From the human T2T-CHM13v2.0 reference genome, Homo sapiens, in the NCBI RefSeq assembly GCF_009914755.1, contig NC_060940.1: a DNA stretch of 64,000 nt; one strand, given 5' to 3'. Both the position numbers and the translations under genes were made by a program. The notes below the pieces were generated by a model. The model saw only the letters and a list, made by a program, of their open reading frames with translations, did not search any database and was not told where the DNA came from. Position 1 is the first letter of the stretch; each line of letters starts with the position of its first letter. Shown here piece by piece: positions 25,003 through 38,992 of the stretch.

Positions 25003-25729
25003 TTAAAATTGGCAGAGTTCCTGGGCTAGCCACGTTGCAGCTCTGCTGGAGAAATGCTGCACAATGCCGAGTGTAAGTGCATGTGGCATCCACATTATTA
25101 TCAGATAAATTCATTATGATGGATGCGATCACACTGAATACCAAATGAAGTGGCAGTAGCAGGACAATAAATTAAAGTGTTAGACAAACAGCACCCATCC
25201 TGAGAGAGGCCTCCCTCTGGCTCCCTCTGCCTGTCTGCAGGTGGCGTGGGGGAAGAGGGGAAGGAGTGGCTGCTGAAATGTCAGAGCACCTTGTTGTAAG
25301 GGGCAAGCATAGAACCTGGGAGGGCTTGAAGACATTTAAGAAGAAAAAGGCCTGGGGAATTTGGATCCTGGCTTCTGGGTTTGTAGGAAGGAGGCTGGGG
25401 TTGTTAAGGGCAATGGTCACCCATTGCATTTGCCAGGATTTATTATTGCAAATATTTTGTGCATACATTTCTCTCATTTGATTGCCAGCTACCTATAAAG
25501 TGGTGGGAGGGATAAACCAGACAAAAGCTCTAAAAATATTTTGAGAAAATTCATTTTGTTTTTCTCTGGGTTTTAATCCTAGATGCATCGCTAGGCAGCT
25601 CTGAGATCTTGGGCAAAGTGCTAGCCTCTTTGAGCCTCAGTTTTCTTATCTGCAAAGTTCTTGCCTCAATAGGTTGGTGGAATGAAGATAATCTGTGCTG
25701 CCCCATAACAGGAGCTGAGCAAATGGTAA

Positions 25730-26200
25730 CTGACATCTTTAGCCTTCATATGTTTTCTGAGAGCCTACTATGTGTCAGCAGAAATGCTAAGATGCTGAAG
25801 ACATTACTCTTGTCCTGTGCAGAAAGTGACAATGCAAAATTCATCCCAATATTTAGTGCTAAGGTGTTTGCAGAGTGTTACGGGAGAAGAGAGGTGCATA
25901 TCTCCTGGGGAAGGCTTCATGGGGAGGTGTCATTTGAGGTGGGTTGTAAAGGAAGAGGTGGAGTTCTCCAGAAAGGATTGGTGGAAGGGCATTGCAGAGA
26001 GAGGGAGAATGGCATTTGGGAAGGTATAGATGTGAGAAAGAGCATGCTGTCTGCGTTTAGAAGATTTAGGGAGGTCTGTTGGGTCAGGACCAGGGTGTAC
26101 ATGTCTTATGTGGGAGGATGATGAGTGGGAGGTGAGACAGAGTCTGTGAGTCAGGGTGAGGCTTCTGTATCAGGCTAAAAAGTGTGCCTTCACCCTTTAT
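25730..26200 (-). mobile_element. L2 fragment
   Basis: GAGCCTACTATGTGTCAG, GGGAAGGCTTCATGGGGAGGTGTCATTTGAG. Confidence 0.65.
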
Positions 26201-26211
26201 TATTAGGGGAC

Positions 26212-26720
26212 TATATTAATTCTATCTCTGCCTAACAAATCACCCCCAAACTTGCAGCCTCCAATATTAATGAACCTTTGTTATCTTGCAGTTTCTGTGG
26301 TCAGGAATTTGGGAGTTACCCATTTGGGTGCTTCTGGCTCAGGGTCTTTCATGAGGCTGTAGTCAAGTTGTTGTTAGGGGCTGCTGTCATCCGAAGGCTC
26401 AACTGGGGCTGGAGGAGCCACTTACACAATGGTGCCCTCACATGGCTGGCAAGTTGGTTCCTGATGGTGGCTGGAGGTTCCTCATCACCTGGACCTTCCC
26501 AGAGATCTGCTTGGGTGTCCTCATGATGTAGTGTCTGATTTCCCCAAGAGAGAGAAAGGCAGAAGCAGCAGTGTCTTTTATGCCCACACACCAGAAGTCA
26601 TGATCATTTTTGCAATATCCTGTTGGTTACAAAAGTCAGCCTGTTAAATGTGGGAAGGGGCTACACAACAGTGGAACCATCAGGAGAAGAGAATCAGTGA
26701 GGCCATCTTGGAGGCTGGCC
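26212..26720 (-). mobile_element. MLT1F/G-like LTR
   Basis: TAACAAATCACCCCCAAACTT...GGTCAGGAATTTGGGAG...CTCTTTCATGAGGCTGTAGTCAAG-like segment...GGCCATCTTGGAGGCTGGC. Confidence 0.8.
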
Positions 26721-27152
26721 ATCTTTCCAGTAGGATGAGGGATTTACACCATTGGCTCCTCCCTACCAATGAGAGACCAAGGCTTGAGGCTGGCAACTTA
26801 TCCTAGGATTATCCAAGGATCACACCACTAGATGTTGGCAGTGTTGGCACTCTGCTGCCTTCTCAGGGGCTCTTTCTTTCATTCAAAGCCATTTCATTGG
26901 GATTTCTGTGGTGTTGCTGGAATAGTAGACAACTCAATTCTCTGTGTGGGATTTTGGGAATTCACACTCAGAGGAGAAATCAAAGCTGAAGGAAGTTATC
27001 CACCTCTCCCACCCAGAACCTACTGCTTAGGCAAAAGCAGTGTTAGCTTAGGAGGGAGGCTGCTCTGTTGATTAATGCTGGATTATTGAAGACTAGTTTA
27101 TTTAATGTTGGTTTTCAAGAAGTTTATGATTACATTAAAAAAAGAGCTGTTA

Positions 27153-27377
27153 TATGGATAGATAGGTGGATGAATGGATGGATGAATAGATATATAGATA
27201 AGACAGACAGATGAATGGATGGATACATAGACACATGGATGCATAGATGGATAGATAGATGAATAGATAGATAAATGGATGGATAGCTTGAAAGATGGAT
27301 AGATGGATGAATGGAGGGATAGATAGACAGACAGACAGATAGATAGATATGTAGGCAGGTAGAGAAATATATGGATG
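27153..27377. repeat. Compound (GGAT/AGAT/AGAC)n tetranucleotide repeat
   Basis: GGATAGATAGGTGGATGAATGGATGGAT...AGACAGACAGAT. Confidence 0.95.
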
Positions 27378-27477
27378 CCAGCATAAGGCTACAATCTTCC
27401 TCTTGGAAAGGACTGTCCTCTGTTGTGAAGTTAAGCCATTTTTGAACAATACTTTTTTATAAAAACCAAAAACAGGC

Positions 27478-28150
27478 CTTAAATCTTGGAGTCATCTTTG
27501 ATGTCTCTCTTTTTCTTACACCCCATATTTTGTCTGTCAGCAAATTCCATCAGAATTTGTCTTCAAAATATACCTGGAGTGCAGCCCTTTCTTACCGCTT
27601 CTACTGCTGCCCCCTATACTATTCCATCTAGAAGGTGGATGAGGCCCTCATGTTCTCCTCCCTGCTCCAATATTACCTCTCCCTCCAGGCTCTTCTCCCA
27701 AGCTGCTGGAGGGATTGCATGAACATGGAAATAGATCCTGCTGCTTCTGTGCTCAAACTCTTCCAATGGTTCCCAACTCAGGGTAAAACTCAAACTCTTA
27801 CAGTGGTCTGGCTGGCCGTACGCAGCCCTGTCTCCTGTGGTCTCTCTGACTCTGTCTCTTACTGTCTCCTTCTTGTTCACTCTGCTCTGGACTCCCTGGC
27901 CACCTGGCTGTTCCTCATACCCCTGGCCTGTTTCCTTTTCAGCAGCTTTGCTGCCCGCCATGTTCTTTCCCAGATATCTGCATGGCCCACTGCCTCACCT
28001 TCTCAGCAAAATCTTTTCCGGCCATGCTAACTAAATCCTTCACACCCCTCAAATGTGTTTTTTTCATGGAGGTAGTCCCCACCATCTAGAAGAATGCTGA
28101 GTGGAGAGAAACCTCTGAATAATTATTTGTTGAATAAATGAACAAATGAA
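27478..28150 (+). mobile_element. L2 (L2a-like) 3' region
   Basis: CTTGGAGTCATCTTTGA, TGCTCAAACTCTTCCAATGGTTCCC, tail TTTGTTGAATAAATGAAC. Confidence 0.8.
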
Positions 28151-28169
28151 CAATTAACAATAGGCAAGA

Positions 28170-28340
28170 CCTTTATATTCATCATCTCATTTCATCCAGC
28201 AAGGTAGGTATGATTTGTGACTATCTCCATTTGACAGATGAGGAAAATAAGTCTGGAGAGGTTAAATTTGTTGGCCTAGACCATGATGGAGTTGAGATTT
28301 GAACCCACAATCTGTCTGTCTCCAAGGCTGATGTTCTCCT
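28170..28340 (-). mobile_element. MIR SINE
   Basis: CCATTTGACAGATGAGGAAAAT...GAGATTTGAACCCA. Confidence 0.75.
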
Positions 28341-29649
28341 TGCCTGTCACCACCCTGTGAAATCCTCCAGGATGAGATATTTCTGCTGTGAGATTGTAGG
28401 GGCTCCAGCATCACAACCTCAAATGGCACTTTTTCACCAAATTGAGTCTTCAGAGATGTGACATTTAGAGGCAGTGGGAAGTGTAGAAAGCTTGTCTGTT
28501 AAATTTGCCTCTCCTCTTTTTATTTTCTAATATTGTTTTTCTTTCTGGAAAGTTTTCTCACCAGGCCTGTAATAATGGCATCCTTCCCCAATCATGCCAT
28601 TCTGCACATATGTGTAGAAACCTTATTGGCAAGGACTGTCAGCTCCAGCTACCACACAGCACTCTGGGAGAGGGCTGGCTTCTCTTAGTTCTGCTTGGAG
28701 GTGACAAAGCCATTCAGAGTCTCTGAAGACAGTAATTATGCCTAAAAATAACTGAGCTGCCATTTTCTTCACTTTTCACTTTTAAGACAACATGATCGTA
28801 TTCCAGAAAGTGTTGCAAACAGAGGGGGAAAAGGCATTCCTAATTCTGCCTTGTATCCCGGCAGCTACGTTGAGTCATAAGTATCCTCCAAGTTATCAAA
28901 GCCTCTCCTGGTGACAGAACTTGGTGATATTTTGGTAGAGGAGTGTCAGGGAGGAGACAGAAATAAAAGTCACTTAGACACACATTCACACACACAGAAC
29001 CTGGGAACTGTCACTAAATCATTTGGGAATCAGGGCTGGTCTTACCAGGCAGATGATCCCCATAGTGAGGGGAGAGTAAGAAGATAGGTAATAAACAAAC
29101 AATTAATAATAGCTTTCATCATGAGCCAAGGCCTTTCCATTCATCATTTCATTTAATCCATCAAGGAGTTATTATTTATTACTATCCCCTTTTTACTGAT
29201 GGGTAAACTGAGCCTAGAGAGGTTAATTAGATCAGTCTGTGGCCAAGCTGAGATCCTAAGGTTGGACTTGAAGAGCAGAAGCTAATAGTTCACAAGCCTT
29301 CATGCATGAGCTGCACCCTTATTACAGGTTCCCAACCAACCTGGGGAGCTTTAACGTAATGCTGAGGTCCATGCCCCACCCTGAAGAATTTTGATTTAAT
29401 TGGTGTGGATGGGGGCATTGGTCATGGGTTCCAATGTGCAGTCAGGATTGAAATCCATTGGGTTAAGTCTTTGCTGACTCTGAGAAGCACCCAGCAAGAT
29501 GTGAAGACTCTGCCAGCTGTGCTCCACTAAACTGTGAGCTGTTGGTAGGTTTCACACCTCACTGAACTCCATCAGTGCTGACAGAGAGGACACTTTGTGC
29601 TGTGTCTCTTCCAAGAGCCCTACTGGGAGACCTTCTAAAAACAATCATG

Positions 29650-30005
<356 letters not shown>

Positions 30006-30644
30006 CTATCTGAAGCATCCACTGTAGCTTTCCCAAATTAGGAAAAGGAGCATAGAAGTGTGGACCAGAAGGTAGAGAATTCTCCAGGGAACTAGACGAG
30101 GGAAGTGATGTTGGGCTAGCAAAGAAAGGGTCAAAACAAAGACCCTGGATGTGTGGTGGTGGGCACCATACCACCTTGGAAAAGATGGGTCAGAGAGTTG
30201 AGCCAAGGAGACCAAACACACAGAGAAAGCAAACTCTCCCAAGGAATGGGGCTGTCTGTCTTGATCTTGGTTTCATGATCTTTCCAGCTCCCGGTACAGT
30301 GTCTGGTCCCTGTACGTACCCCATAAATGTTTGTTAAATGAATGATAAACACACTTTGCAAAAAAAAAAAAAAAAACTTTGGTGTTTTTCAATACCTTGT
30401 CATGATTGGCCCCCATGGCTTTCTCTCTTGATCCTTCTGAGTATCAGAATAAGTATGATCCAGGACTGGAAGACATCCATGTATGACTGCAAGGTGCTAG
30501 AAAGAGTGGAAACATATTACTTGAGGAGCACACTAGGGTCTAGGAACATGTTGGGGCATTATGACGCAAGGAAGTAGGAACTAATGCACACTCACTCGGC
30601 TTTGCTGTGAGAGCCTCCTGGATTAGATAAGGCAATATTACTCC

Positions 30645-30980
30645 TAAGGCTGCTAACTGAAGGTCCATGCAGAGAATCTAGCCTGTAGATATTTTGCTTG
30701 GGTCACCATTTTATTAACATTATTTTTAATGTGTTACCAATCCTTAAAAATTGGGAGATCTCTTTAGAAATCTAGATTTCTGGCTTCTTTTGAAGATTCA
30801 GAAGCTGATGCATCCCTGGACCAAAATTCCCACTGGCAATAGTAGGCTATTTTGGAATAGCTGCTGGTCCCTTTGGACAGATGGGCCCTCTCCCATTTGT
30901 TTTGACCTCTGTCCAGGTTGCTTTGCCCATTTTCATTGCCAGCCTGGTCCCTGTAGACCCTGGAGTTTGAGACTCCCTGT
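30645..30980 (-). mobile_element. MER102 (hAT-Charlie)
   Basis: AAAAATTGGGAGAT...AAATCTAGATTTCTGGCTTCTTTTGAA...CCTGGTCCCTGTAG...GAGTTTGAGACTCCCTG. Confidence 0.75.
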
Positions 30981-31164
30981 GCTATTCCTTTGCTTCTATG
31001 TCTGGCTATCTCAGCTCCCCCAACAGGCGCATATTCTGGGCTCCTTTTCCCACTGGGTACTTGGCACCTCAGCTGGTCTGTTTCTCAGCATTTCCTGGTG
31101 ATCTCCTTACACTGAACCCAGGCTCCCTCCCACAGCAGTGTCTCTTGTATTCCTGACTGCACCT

Positions 31165-31703
31165 GATATCTTTCATCTGTCCAACAAACATTCTCCCATT
31201 TTTTCTTTCTTTCTTTTTTTTTTTTTCACTAAAGAAAGAGTCAATTGTTCAGCCTCAGGGGATGCATCACAATTGGTCTGATTTATCTGTGGAAATTCCA
31301 TTTTATTTTGCCTGGAATTGGTTTAGGGGTGGGCATGTGACTCAGTGGCTCGGTTCTTGCCAACGACACCTAAGAAATCTACCAGGAGTTTCCGACAAAC
31401 ATTTTCCTCTCTCATTAAAGAACGATTCCTTCCTTTTGGAAGAGTGTCATCATGTGGAGATGTATTGCTTGGAGTCATAGCAGCCATCTTGTGACCATGA
31501 GGTGAGACCTCATTTTCACACTGAGAGTAACAGAGGACAGGATGGTCCCAGGATTCTCATGCTATCACTGAGCTGCTAAGCCAAATCTAGGTTTGTTTAT
31601 TATGAGCTTCTTTGGTTATAAGCCCCACATGTACTTACAGCTTAAGACAGTGTGGAGCTTTTAAAAAAAATTAATTGTAGCCAAACGCATTTCTAACCAA
31701 TAC
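31165..31703 (+). mobile_element. MLT1K/L-like LTR
   Basis: ATTGGTTTAGGGGTGGGCATGTGACTCAG, GCAGCCATCTTGTGACCATGAG, terminal CTAACCAATACA. Confidence 0.7.
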
Positions 31704-32364
31704 ATTTTTTCTCATCAGGTAGATTACAAACTTCATGAAGGCAAGACTGCATCTGTTTGTTCACTAGTATATAGGCAGGGCTTAGCACAGTGTCTGACAT
31801 ATAGCTTGTAGTCCACAGATATTTATTTAATGGATGAATGAATCCATCTTGGCATTTGAAACTAAGTTAAGTATGAAGACAGCAGCAACATCTGACTTAT
31901 GTGCTGTGGTCCAAGTATGTAATATATTAAACAAAATTCAGGTGAGTAGTAACATAATATGCTGAAAACCATTTTACACATGAGGGTTCTTGGGCTTTAG
32001 AGAAGGTAAATTAGTTGCCTATATCCATGGATGAAAAATAGTTGAGTCTGTATTTGAACCCCGGCAGTTCAGGTTCAAAATCTGTACTCTATGGACTCTG
32101 GTTATGTCCTAAAATCTACTGCTTGCCACCCTCAAGGGAAGACATAATGTTTGCAGCAAATGATATAATTCCTACAGGCTTTGCTTTGCAAAATACAACG
32201 ATGACAGAACTATCCAGCAGAATTCGGTTCCCGTGAGCCTTTGTTCACCAGATGCTATTTTTGTGCCAGTTAAGAGTAGAGCTACAAAAACTGGCGTCAT
32301 AGAACCCGACAATTAGAAGAAAATTTTGGCATTCATCCCTTTAACTACCAGCTTCCGAGCTCAT

Positions 32365-32580
32365 GCTGTGGCAGCCAGAACATGGACCTTGGAGTCTGAT
32401 TGGCTTGATTTCAAATTCCAGCTCTGCCACTCAAAAGCTGTGTGACCTTGGACATGCAATATCAGCCCTCTGAACCTTGGTTTTATCACCCGCAAAAGAC
32501 AGGTGGTTCTAATGAGGTCAAACATGCAAAGTGCTTTGCACAATACCTAGCACATAGTAGGCACTCAACAATTACTAGTT
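32365..32580 (+). mobile_element. MIR SINE
   Basis: TTCAAATTCCAGCTCTGCCACT...GCTGTGTGACCTTGG...GCACATAGTAGGCACTCAA. Confidence 0.85.
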
Positions 32581-33231
32581 TCTGGATACTATGCTCTTCC
32601 ATCTCAGTTCTGAAGTCAACCATAAGTAAATTTTTTTTATAAAAATTATCTCATTTTACATATAAGGCAGACGTTAAAGGGATGTGGAAAATTCTTTTGA
32701 AGATTTCATAACCTTTATTTCTAGGTTTGGTGCCAAAGAAGTAAACCTCAGTTCATCCCACTATAAAAGAGAAAGAACTTTCTACCTAATGGACAGTACA
32801 GCTGAGATATTCTATGATTTAATTAAAAGCTGCAGAGTGTCTTCCTATCTGCAAATGAATGACATTTAAGTAGAAACTAGTGTTCAGCTATTTCATTACC
32901 TGGTTAAGTAATATGCCCCAAATAGCAAGCTTTAGTAATTACTGTACACTTTTCTTAAATACGCTGTTTACTGATTACCTTATAACCGGATAATACACAT
33001 ACATAATTTTATATTTATAGATAAGTGCTCTTTCCCGACAACTTGAACACTTAAATTATGCAATGCAAAAATCACATAATTGTGGAGAAACATTTGTCGT
33101 CTGGCATGTGAGATCTCCAGGTAAATAGCATAATTATAGGTATCTGTTTGGAATCAATAGAAGGTAGGTCCTTCTATTGATTTACAAGTTATCTTTCCAT
33201 CATTTTTCCACTTTTAAAAGTGAAATTCAAG

Positions 33232-33535
33232 GGCTGGGTGCAGTGGCTTGTGCCTGTGTTCCCACTTTGGGAAGCTGAGGTGGGTGGGTCACTGGAGCCC
33301 AGGAGTTTGAGACCAGCCTGGGCAACATGGTGAAACCCAACTCTCCAAAAAAAAAAAAAAAACCAACAAAATTAGGTTTGTCGGTGTGTGCCTGTAGTCC
33401 CAGCTGCTTAAGAGGCTGAGGTAGGAGGATCAATTGAACCCAGGGAAGTTGAGGCTGCAGTGAACCATGATCACACCACCGCACTCCAGCCTGCGTAACA
33501 GAGCGAGATCCTGTCTCAAAACAAACAAACAAAAA
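33232..33535 (+). mobile_element. AluJ
   Basis: GAGCCCAGGAGTTTGAG and GAGGCTGCAGTGA J features; degenerate TSD AAAAGTGAAATTCAA / AAAAGTAAAATTGAA. Confidence 0.93.
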
Positions 33536-33595
33536 AGTAAAATTGAAAATTACCTTAAATAATGACTTCTATCTATGACAACTCTCATAACCTGA

Positions 33596-33965
<370 letters not shown>

Positions 33966-33999
33966 AGTAGCTATTTTTAAAAAGATTGTCCAACAAATT

Positions 34000-34860
34000 T
34001 GTGCATCTCCCTTCTTCTGATAACAGATATGGCCAATGAGGTTGGCATATGACTCAGGTCTGACCAGTCATTGACCTCTATTTCTTAGGTGTCAGTAATT
34101 GGTTCAGTGGGTGGACATATGACCTTAACAGAGCCAATTAGCATTCTTCCCCGGAATTGATGTATAGGAAAGATACTGTGAGAAAGATACTCTTGCTTTT
34201 GGCTCTAAATACAAAGTAGGGTGTAAAGTTGGAGGTGCTGAGAGTTATCTTTTTTCCCGTCATGTAGAAAAGGCCTGTTTGTAGTGGAAGATATGAAGCC
34301 AAGGAGGGAAAAGGGAGGTGAGAAATATATGGGGGGGAGAGAGAGAGAGAGAAGAGAGGGAGAGAAGGTGGGGGAGGGAGGGAGAAAGTGGGAGTGAGAG
34401 AGAAGGAAAGAGAGAGAGGGGGAGAGAGGAAAAAAGAGGGAGCGAGAGAGGAGAGAGAAAGAGAGGGAGAGAAAGTGAGGGAGAGACAGTGAGGGGGGAG
34501 AGGGAGGGGGAAGGGGAATGAGAGAGAGAGGGAGACAGAAAGAGGGAGAGAGGGGGAAAAGGGGAGAGAGAGAGGGAGAGAGAGAAAGCACAGGGAGAGA
34601 GAAAAAGAGAGACGGTGAGAGAGGGAGAGGGGGAGAGAGAGGAGGAAGAGGGGGAAGAGAAAGAGGGAGAGAGAGAGAAGAGAGAAGGATGAGAAATGTA
34701 TTTTGGCAGTGTCGAGTGCCAGTTCAACTGCTTGGGGACATTATCCCTGTAACCCATCCTTTCAATGCTATATACTCCTTCAGTATCATTTTCAAAGCGT
34801 GTGAGCCAATACATTCCACTCCCCCTTAGCATGGCTTAAGTTCAGTTTCTGTTCCGATTT
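34000..34860 (+). mobile_element. MLT1K/L-like LTR with expanded GA-rich tract (34300-34695)
   Basis: AATTGGTTCAGTGGGTGGACATATGACC...AGCCAAT; GTGAGCCAATACATTCC...GCTTAAG end; ~390 bp almost pure G/A between. Confidence 0.65.
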
Positions 34861-35957
34861 CTCTTGCAGATTTCCCTATACATTTTAAGGGTGAATGGAC
34901 ACTGGCTCCCACACTGCTTTCTGGGAGGATCTGTTCTAACTTGGAAAAGGATCTTGTATGGCCTGGAACAAGGCAGAATTAGTGGCTTTTTACTCATCTT
35001 CTGGGTGTTCAGCTCCTCTCTGTCAGGGCTGGAGACTGCAGGACAGAATGTAACAGCTGGATAGAGTCTGGTAAGGGCATTTTATATAAGCCTTGCTGGA
35101 TGTAACAAGGGCCCCATTCATATTTCTCCTCTTTTACTCAGTAACTTTAATTCTTCATTTTTATCCTGAAAATAGCACAATAGGGAGTGAAGATTTTCTC
35201 CTAAAGATACAGAGCCAGGCTGTCTCACAATGGTCAATGGGAAACAGCCCAGAGATGCATAATCTGAACAAAATTCAATTAATTATGGTTTTTCCACATA
35301 TGGCATTTATCTTGTTCCATGGTGAGTTTGAAATAATGTTGTAAATATTTATGCTACAATAGTGAATAAAAAAGTAAGGCAGAGAAATTGTAAAAATACT
35401 GTCAATTATGTAAAGGGTCCTAAGTACAAAGATTAGAGGAAAATATGCTATTATTTGACTATAACTAAAGCTTAGGATTGTAGGGCACATTTATTCGTGT
35501 TTCCCTAGACATTCCTTCATCTTTTAAATGTTGTACAATGACGATGTATTACTTTTACCATCAGAAAAATGAAATAAAACAAAATATAATAAAGTTAAAC
35601 AAAACCTGGCTTGACTACACTCTATCTCCCTTTGGTTGAGCAAAGATGTGTAATTGCTTGTGCTTTTAGCTTAGGCATGGAGTCCAGAAGACCAAATATT
35701 CTCTGTGACCTTTCAGCAAGTACCCTGACATTTCTTTTCCTAGGCATTTTGCCTGTAAAGTGGAGATACTAATTCCCACACAGTTACTATTCAAATATGT
35801 AAAGAGGGTATAAAGGGAATGGAATAGATGGAGTGTTGAGTATGAGTTGATTAAACAGTAATTTTAGGAACTATTTTGCTGGAGGTGGAGGGATGTCTAC
35901 AGTGTTCCACAAGACGTTCCTTGGGATGAGCAGCAGAGGCCTTGTTTCCAGGATGAA

Positions 35958-35973
35958 AGAGAGAAAGAGAGAG

Positions 35974-36013
<40 letters not shown>
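35958..36013. repeat. (GA)n microsatellite
   Basis: GAGAGA run with AA and GC interruptions. Confidence 0.95.
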
Positions 36014-36017
<4 letters not shown>

Positions 36018-36219
36018 TGAGAGGGCCATAGCATCACAGAACCATTCCCAGTCTGCTGAAGTGCTCACCCATTTAGTCTCTCATTCATTCAGCCAACAAT
36101 GACTAAAATATTCTTTATGTACCAAGACTGTGCGTGACATTCACTTACAGATGAATAAAGCAGCCAACATTCTGTGGGGCCTGTGGGTAAAGAAAGCTTC
36201 TGTAGCAATTGATTGATTA

Positions 36220-36800
36220 GACCAATGCTCCCCAGTGGAAATATAAAGTGAGCCACAAATGTGATTTTATATAATTATAGAATCTATGGAATTATATAAT
36301 TTGATGTAATTTAAAATTGTCTTAGTAGTCACATTAAAAAAGTAGAAAAAAAACAAGTGTAATAAACTTAAATAATATTTAACAGTATATTTAACTTAAT
36401 ATGCCCAAAACATTAACATTAGCCTTAATATAGCCTGAGTATTTAGATGCGGAATTATTTCAGTGCCCTGCCCTAAACATTTTTATGCTCTGCCAATTTA
36501 ATTCTCCTTTCCCCAACTCCTGGCAGCCACAGATCTTTTACTGTCCTTATAGTTTTGCCTTTTTCAGAACGTCACAGAGTTGGAATCATCTAGAATGTAG
36601 CCTCTTCAGACTGGCTTCTTTCACTTAGTAATGTACCTTTAAGTTTCCTTCATGTCTCCTCATGGCCTTTCATTCTTTTTTGTACTAAGTCTTTGAAATC
36701 TGGTGTGTATTTTACACTTGATCCCATCTCCATTTGGAAAAAACATATTCCAAGAGCTCGATGACCACATGTGGCCAGTGGCTATGGTGTTGGACAGTGT
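36220..36800. mobile_element. MER33/Charlie-type DNA element interrupted by an antisense L1M fragment (~36490-36680)
   Basis: TAGTAGTCACATTAAAAAAGTA...CTTTGAAATCTGGTGTGTATTTTACACTT...CCACATGTGGCCAGTGGCTA..TTGGACAG; insert CCTGGCAGCCACAGATCTTTTACTGTC. Confidence 0.7.
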
Positions 36801-37230
36801 GGGCGGGACTAGATGGTCCTCAGTGCACCCCCGAGCATTAGTTGCTGTGACAACTGTGAGCTCAGAACTAAAGGCACAAGCGAGGTATCACTGTGGAGTT
36901 ACCAAGGGACAGACAAGACGATCCCAGCACCTGGGGGTCTATTTAATGGAGCTCCCAAGGTGGGAAGGTTGGTCATGATTTCTGAAGAATGGAAAGTTCT
37001 GAGTGTGCAGGTATGGAATAAAGGTAGTGGCAAAACTGATAACCCAACATTTTCTGTCTTGCTAGACACATTGATGAATTTTTAGCTGAAGGATATCAGA
37101 CACAAGGAATTTCAGCCTTCATTTCACAAAGCTGTGTTAATATGGCAGAATCATCTTCCAATTTAATGATTTGAAATTGAACTCTTAGCTGTATGAAACT
37201 GAAAAGGAGTCGTAGTTCCATCTTCCCAAT

Positions 37231-37749
37231 TGTGGTAGACAGCATAATAGCCCCCTAAAGTTGTCTACCGTGAAATTCCTGAAACCTGTGAATATATGAC
37301 CTTACATGGCAATAAGGACTAAGTTAAGAATCTTGAAGTGAAGAGATTATGCTGAATTATTGGGTGGGCTCAAGCTAATCACAAGAATCCTCGTAAGAGG
37401 GATGTAAGAGAGTCGGAGTCAGAGGCGATATGATGAGGGAGGCAGAAGCAGGGCAGGGGAGACAGAGAGAGAGATTAAAAGACACTACGCTGTTGGCCTT
37501 GAGATGAAGGAGGAAGCTAGGAGCCAAGGAGTGTGTGCTGCTTCTAGAAGGTGGAAGAAGACAAAGGAGACAGATTATCCTCACACGGCCTCCAGAAGGA
37601 ACTTTCAAACTTTCCCAACATCTTGATGTTAGCCCAGGAAGAGCCGTTTTAGACTTTTGACCTCCAGAACTGCAAGGAAGTACATTTGTGTTGCTTTAAG
37701 CCATTACATTTTTGGTAATTTGTTATAGCATCAATGGGAAACCAATACA
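37231..37749 (+). mobile_element. MLT1D solo LTR
   Basis: TGTGGTAGACAGCATAAT...ACCTGTGAATATATGACCTTACATGGCAA...GACCTCCAGAACTG...TTTGTTATAGCA..AATACA. Confidence 0.9.
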
Positions 37750-37849
37750 CTAACCAAGCCTTTGAATCACCAAGGCTTGGGACTTCTTTGCTCCTGGGAA
37801 GAACTGGCAAGACTTTATTTTCTGACTCTGACTCCCTTTGACTTGACAG

Positions 37850-38235
37850 AGGTGGGCTTTCTAAAAGGGGAAAAGCCTCCAGAATTGGAAGAGATGGGAG
37901 TTTACTGGGGAGTGTTCTAGGGCTCAGCACTTGCTGGGAGTGAGGGAAGCAGGACCCGGCAGAGGGAGCAGGTGAACTGTTAACATCATAAGCTACCTGG
38001 GGCTGGGATGACCCTGAAGGTCCTCCCACCTGGAGGGGAGGGGGCTGGGCCATTGGATATAGGCTGCCCCTGGGGTGGAAACTTCGGGTTAGGCAGTGCC
38101 CTTCCTCCGGGTAGGTTTAATTCCCGAAGAAGAAATTGGCTGAGTTGTTTGTCAGCCAATAATATTCTCAGCAGCTGGGGGAATGAGCACTTCAGTCTTG
38201 AAGGGAGATCTGGGTGGTGCACCATAGCATGCATG
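37850..38235 (-). mobile_element. LTR33-like (ERVL) LTR
   Basis: CTCAGCAGCTGGGGGAATGAGCACTTCAGTCTTGAAGGGAGATCTGGGTGGTGCACCA. Confidence 0.65.
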
Positions 38236-38324
38236 ATGAATATCAACTTTATAGGGTAATTAAGATGGTTAAATTTGAACAAATGCACCAAGGGCTTGGC
38301 ACAGAGTATGGTACATACTAGACT

Positions 38325-38992
38325 TGTTCCCAGACCAAACCGAGGTTGGACTGCTTATTCTCGTAACCCAATAACGAGATGCAGATGAACTGGGGGAGAA
38401 GGGAGTTTATTTCTATAACAGGGTACAGGGAGAAGACCTGGAAAATATTGCCAGACCAACTCAAAATTACAAAGTTTTCCAGAGCTTGTATAGCTTCTAA
38501 GCTATATGCCTATGTGTAAGTGTGCATTCATCTAAAGACATAAGTGATGAACTTCTTCTAGTCTGTACCTAAGGTCTGAGTCCTGAAGACCTTCCTCCGG
38601 AACCTCAGTAAATGTAATTAATCTAGATGGGTCCAGATACTGGGGTGATTACCCTTATCTTGTCTCCCACTAAATCATAGAGGTTTGAGGAGTTCCTTTA
38701 GACCGACAGTAAAACTTGTTTGTGGAGGTCTGGGGAGTTTCTTCAGACCCCCAGTAAAAATTCGTTTAATCCTAAATGGGTCCTATTAAGAATTCCTTCA
38801 TTATTTTGTCATGCTTCAAGGCCCAGGAAAGGCCTAGGCACAGCTCTTGGTGGGCTTTTGTTACCTTCCAGCCTTTGTATAGGGCACTAGCTCTTTCAGC
38901 TTTTAATATTTAACTTAACCACTCATTCAGTGCTGAAACAGTTGTTATGGAGGCCTTCCTGTTCTGCTGTCAATGAGACCTGGCCTGCCACA
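38325..38992 (-). mobile_element. ERV1 solo LTR (LTR15-like)
   Basis: TG...CA termini with perfect 4-bp TSD GACT (38321-38324 / 38993-38996); inserted into a MIR tail. Confidence 0.85.
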
